Of a stretch of 64,000 nt of DNA, positions 63,902 through 64,000 are shown piece by piece. Where the stretch lies: assembly GCA_944345365.1 (NCBI GenBank), contig CALVMJ010000002.1, positions 15,517-79,516 on the forward strand, read 5' to 3'. This DNA is from an uncultured Clostridia bacterium. GTDB lineage: Bacteria > Bacillota > Clostridia > Christensenellales > UBA1242. Position numbers and translations under genes: made by a program. The notes beneath the pieces were generated by a model. The model saw only the letters and a list, made by a program, of their open reading frames with translations. It had not been told where the DNA came from and searched no databases. Numbering within the stretch: the first letter of the stretch is position 1; each line of letters begins with the position of its first letter.

Positions 63902-64000
63902 ATGTTTACTGCTCAAGATGTTGCAAAACTTCGCGCTCAAACTAATGCGGGAATGATGGATTGTAAGAAAGCTCTTACGGAAACAAATGGTGATTTTGAA
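63902..64000 (+). CDS. tsf: Elongation factor Ts, N-terminal UBA-like domain (3' end outside window)
   Basis: [33 protein letters not shown]. Confidence 0.9.
   Translation, partial: MFTAQDVAKLRAQTNAGMMDCKKALTETNGDFE

Noticed and set aside
1-64000. Prophage, ICE, transposon or defence island anywhere in the window
   Set aside because: I could recognise no integrase, transposase, recombinase, terminase, capsid, restriction-modification, toxin-antitoxin, reverse transcriptase or Cas-like protein. Gene order follows conserved Firmicutes core synteny.

Overview
AT-rich, low-GC Firmicutes (Clostridia-like) chromosomal core segment. It uses the standard genetic code (TGA, TAA and TAG all act as stops) and is transcribed almost entirely on the + strand. 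I support about 60 protein genes, one tRNA and one T-box leader. Several blocks are syntenic with Bacillus: pnp-ylxY-like deacetylase ... ftsK/spoIIIE, rimO-pgsA-cinA-recA, miaB-mutS-mutL-miaA-ynbB, dacB ... scpA-scpB, pta-ackA, rpmF-plsX-rnc-smc-ftsY, rarA, polA, ruvX-DUF1292, ytxC-like-Tbox-thrS, yajC, secD-secF and rpsB-tsf. Endospore-former markers are present: a SpoIVFB-like protease, a pro-sigma-K-like factor, and YtxC-, YlbJ-, SpoIIM- and YrzE-like genes. I see no CRISPR array, transposase, integrase, phage genes or recognisable defence system, so most of the window is ordinary housekeeping DNA. The strongest unexplained signal is at 29.37-29.77 kb. A two-copy, 172-bp-period tandem repeat there duplicates the last 21 nt of tRNA-Ser(GGA), its terminator and a compact three-hairpin module. 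It has att-scar geometry without any mobile cargo, or it may be an undescribed structured RNA. Secondary candidates are: a protein that looks like two tandem, motif-degenerate diadenylate-cyclase-like domains next to a GH94-N-terminal-like orphan; an E2/CAT-fold protein with DHR changed to DER and a poly-Lys tail, overlapping rarA; an in-frame TAG separating a 50-codon membrane mini-ORF from the spoIVFB-like gene; two well-signalled unannotated micro-ORFs; an SD-sequestering hairpin before uvsE; and recurrent leaderless-type promoter-ATG spacing. All homology calls were made by eye from motifs and synteny. No database search was run.
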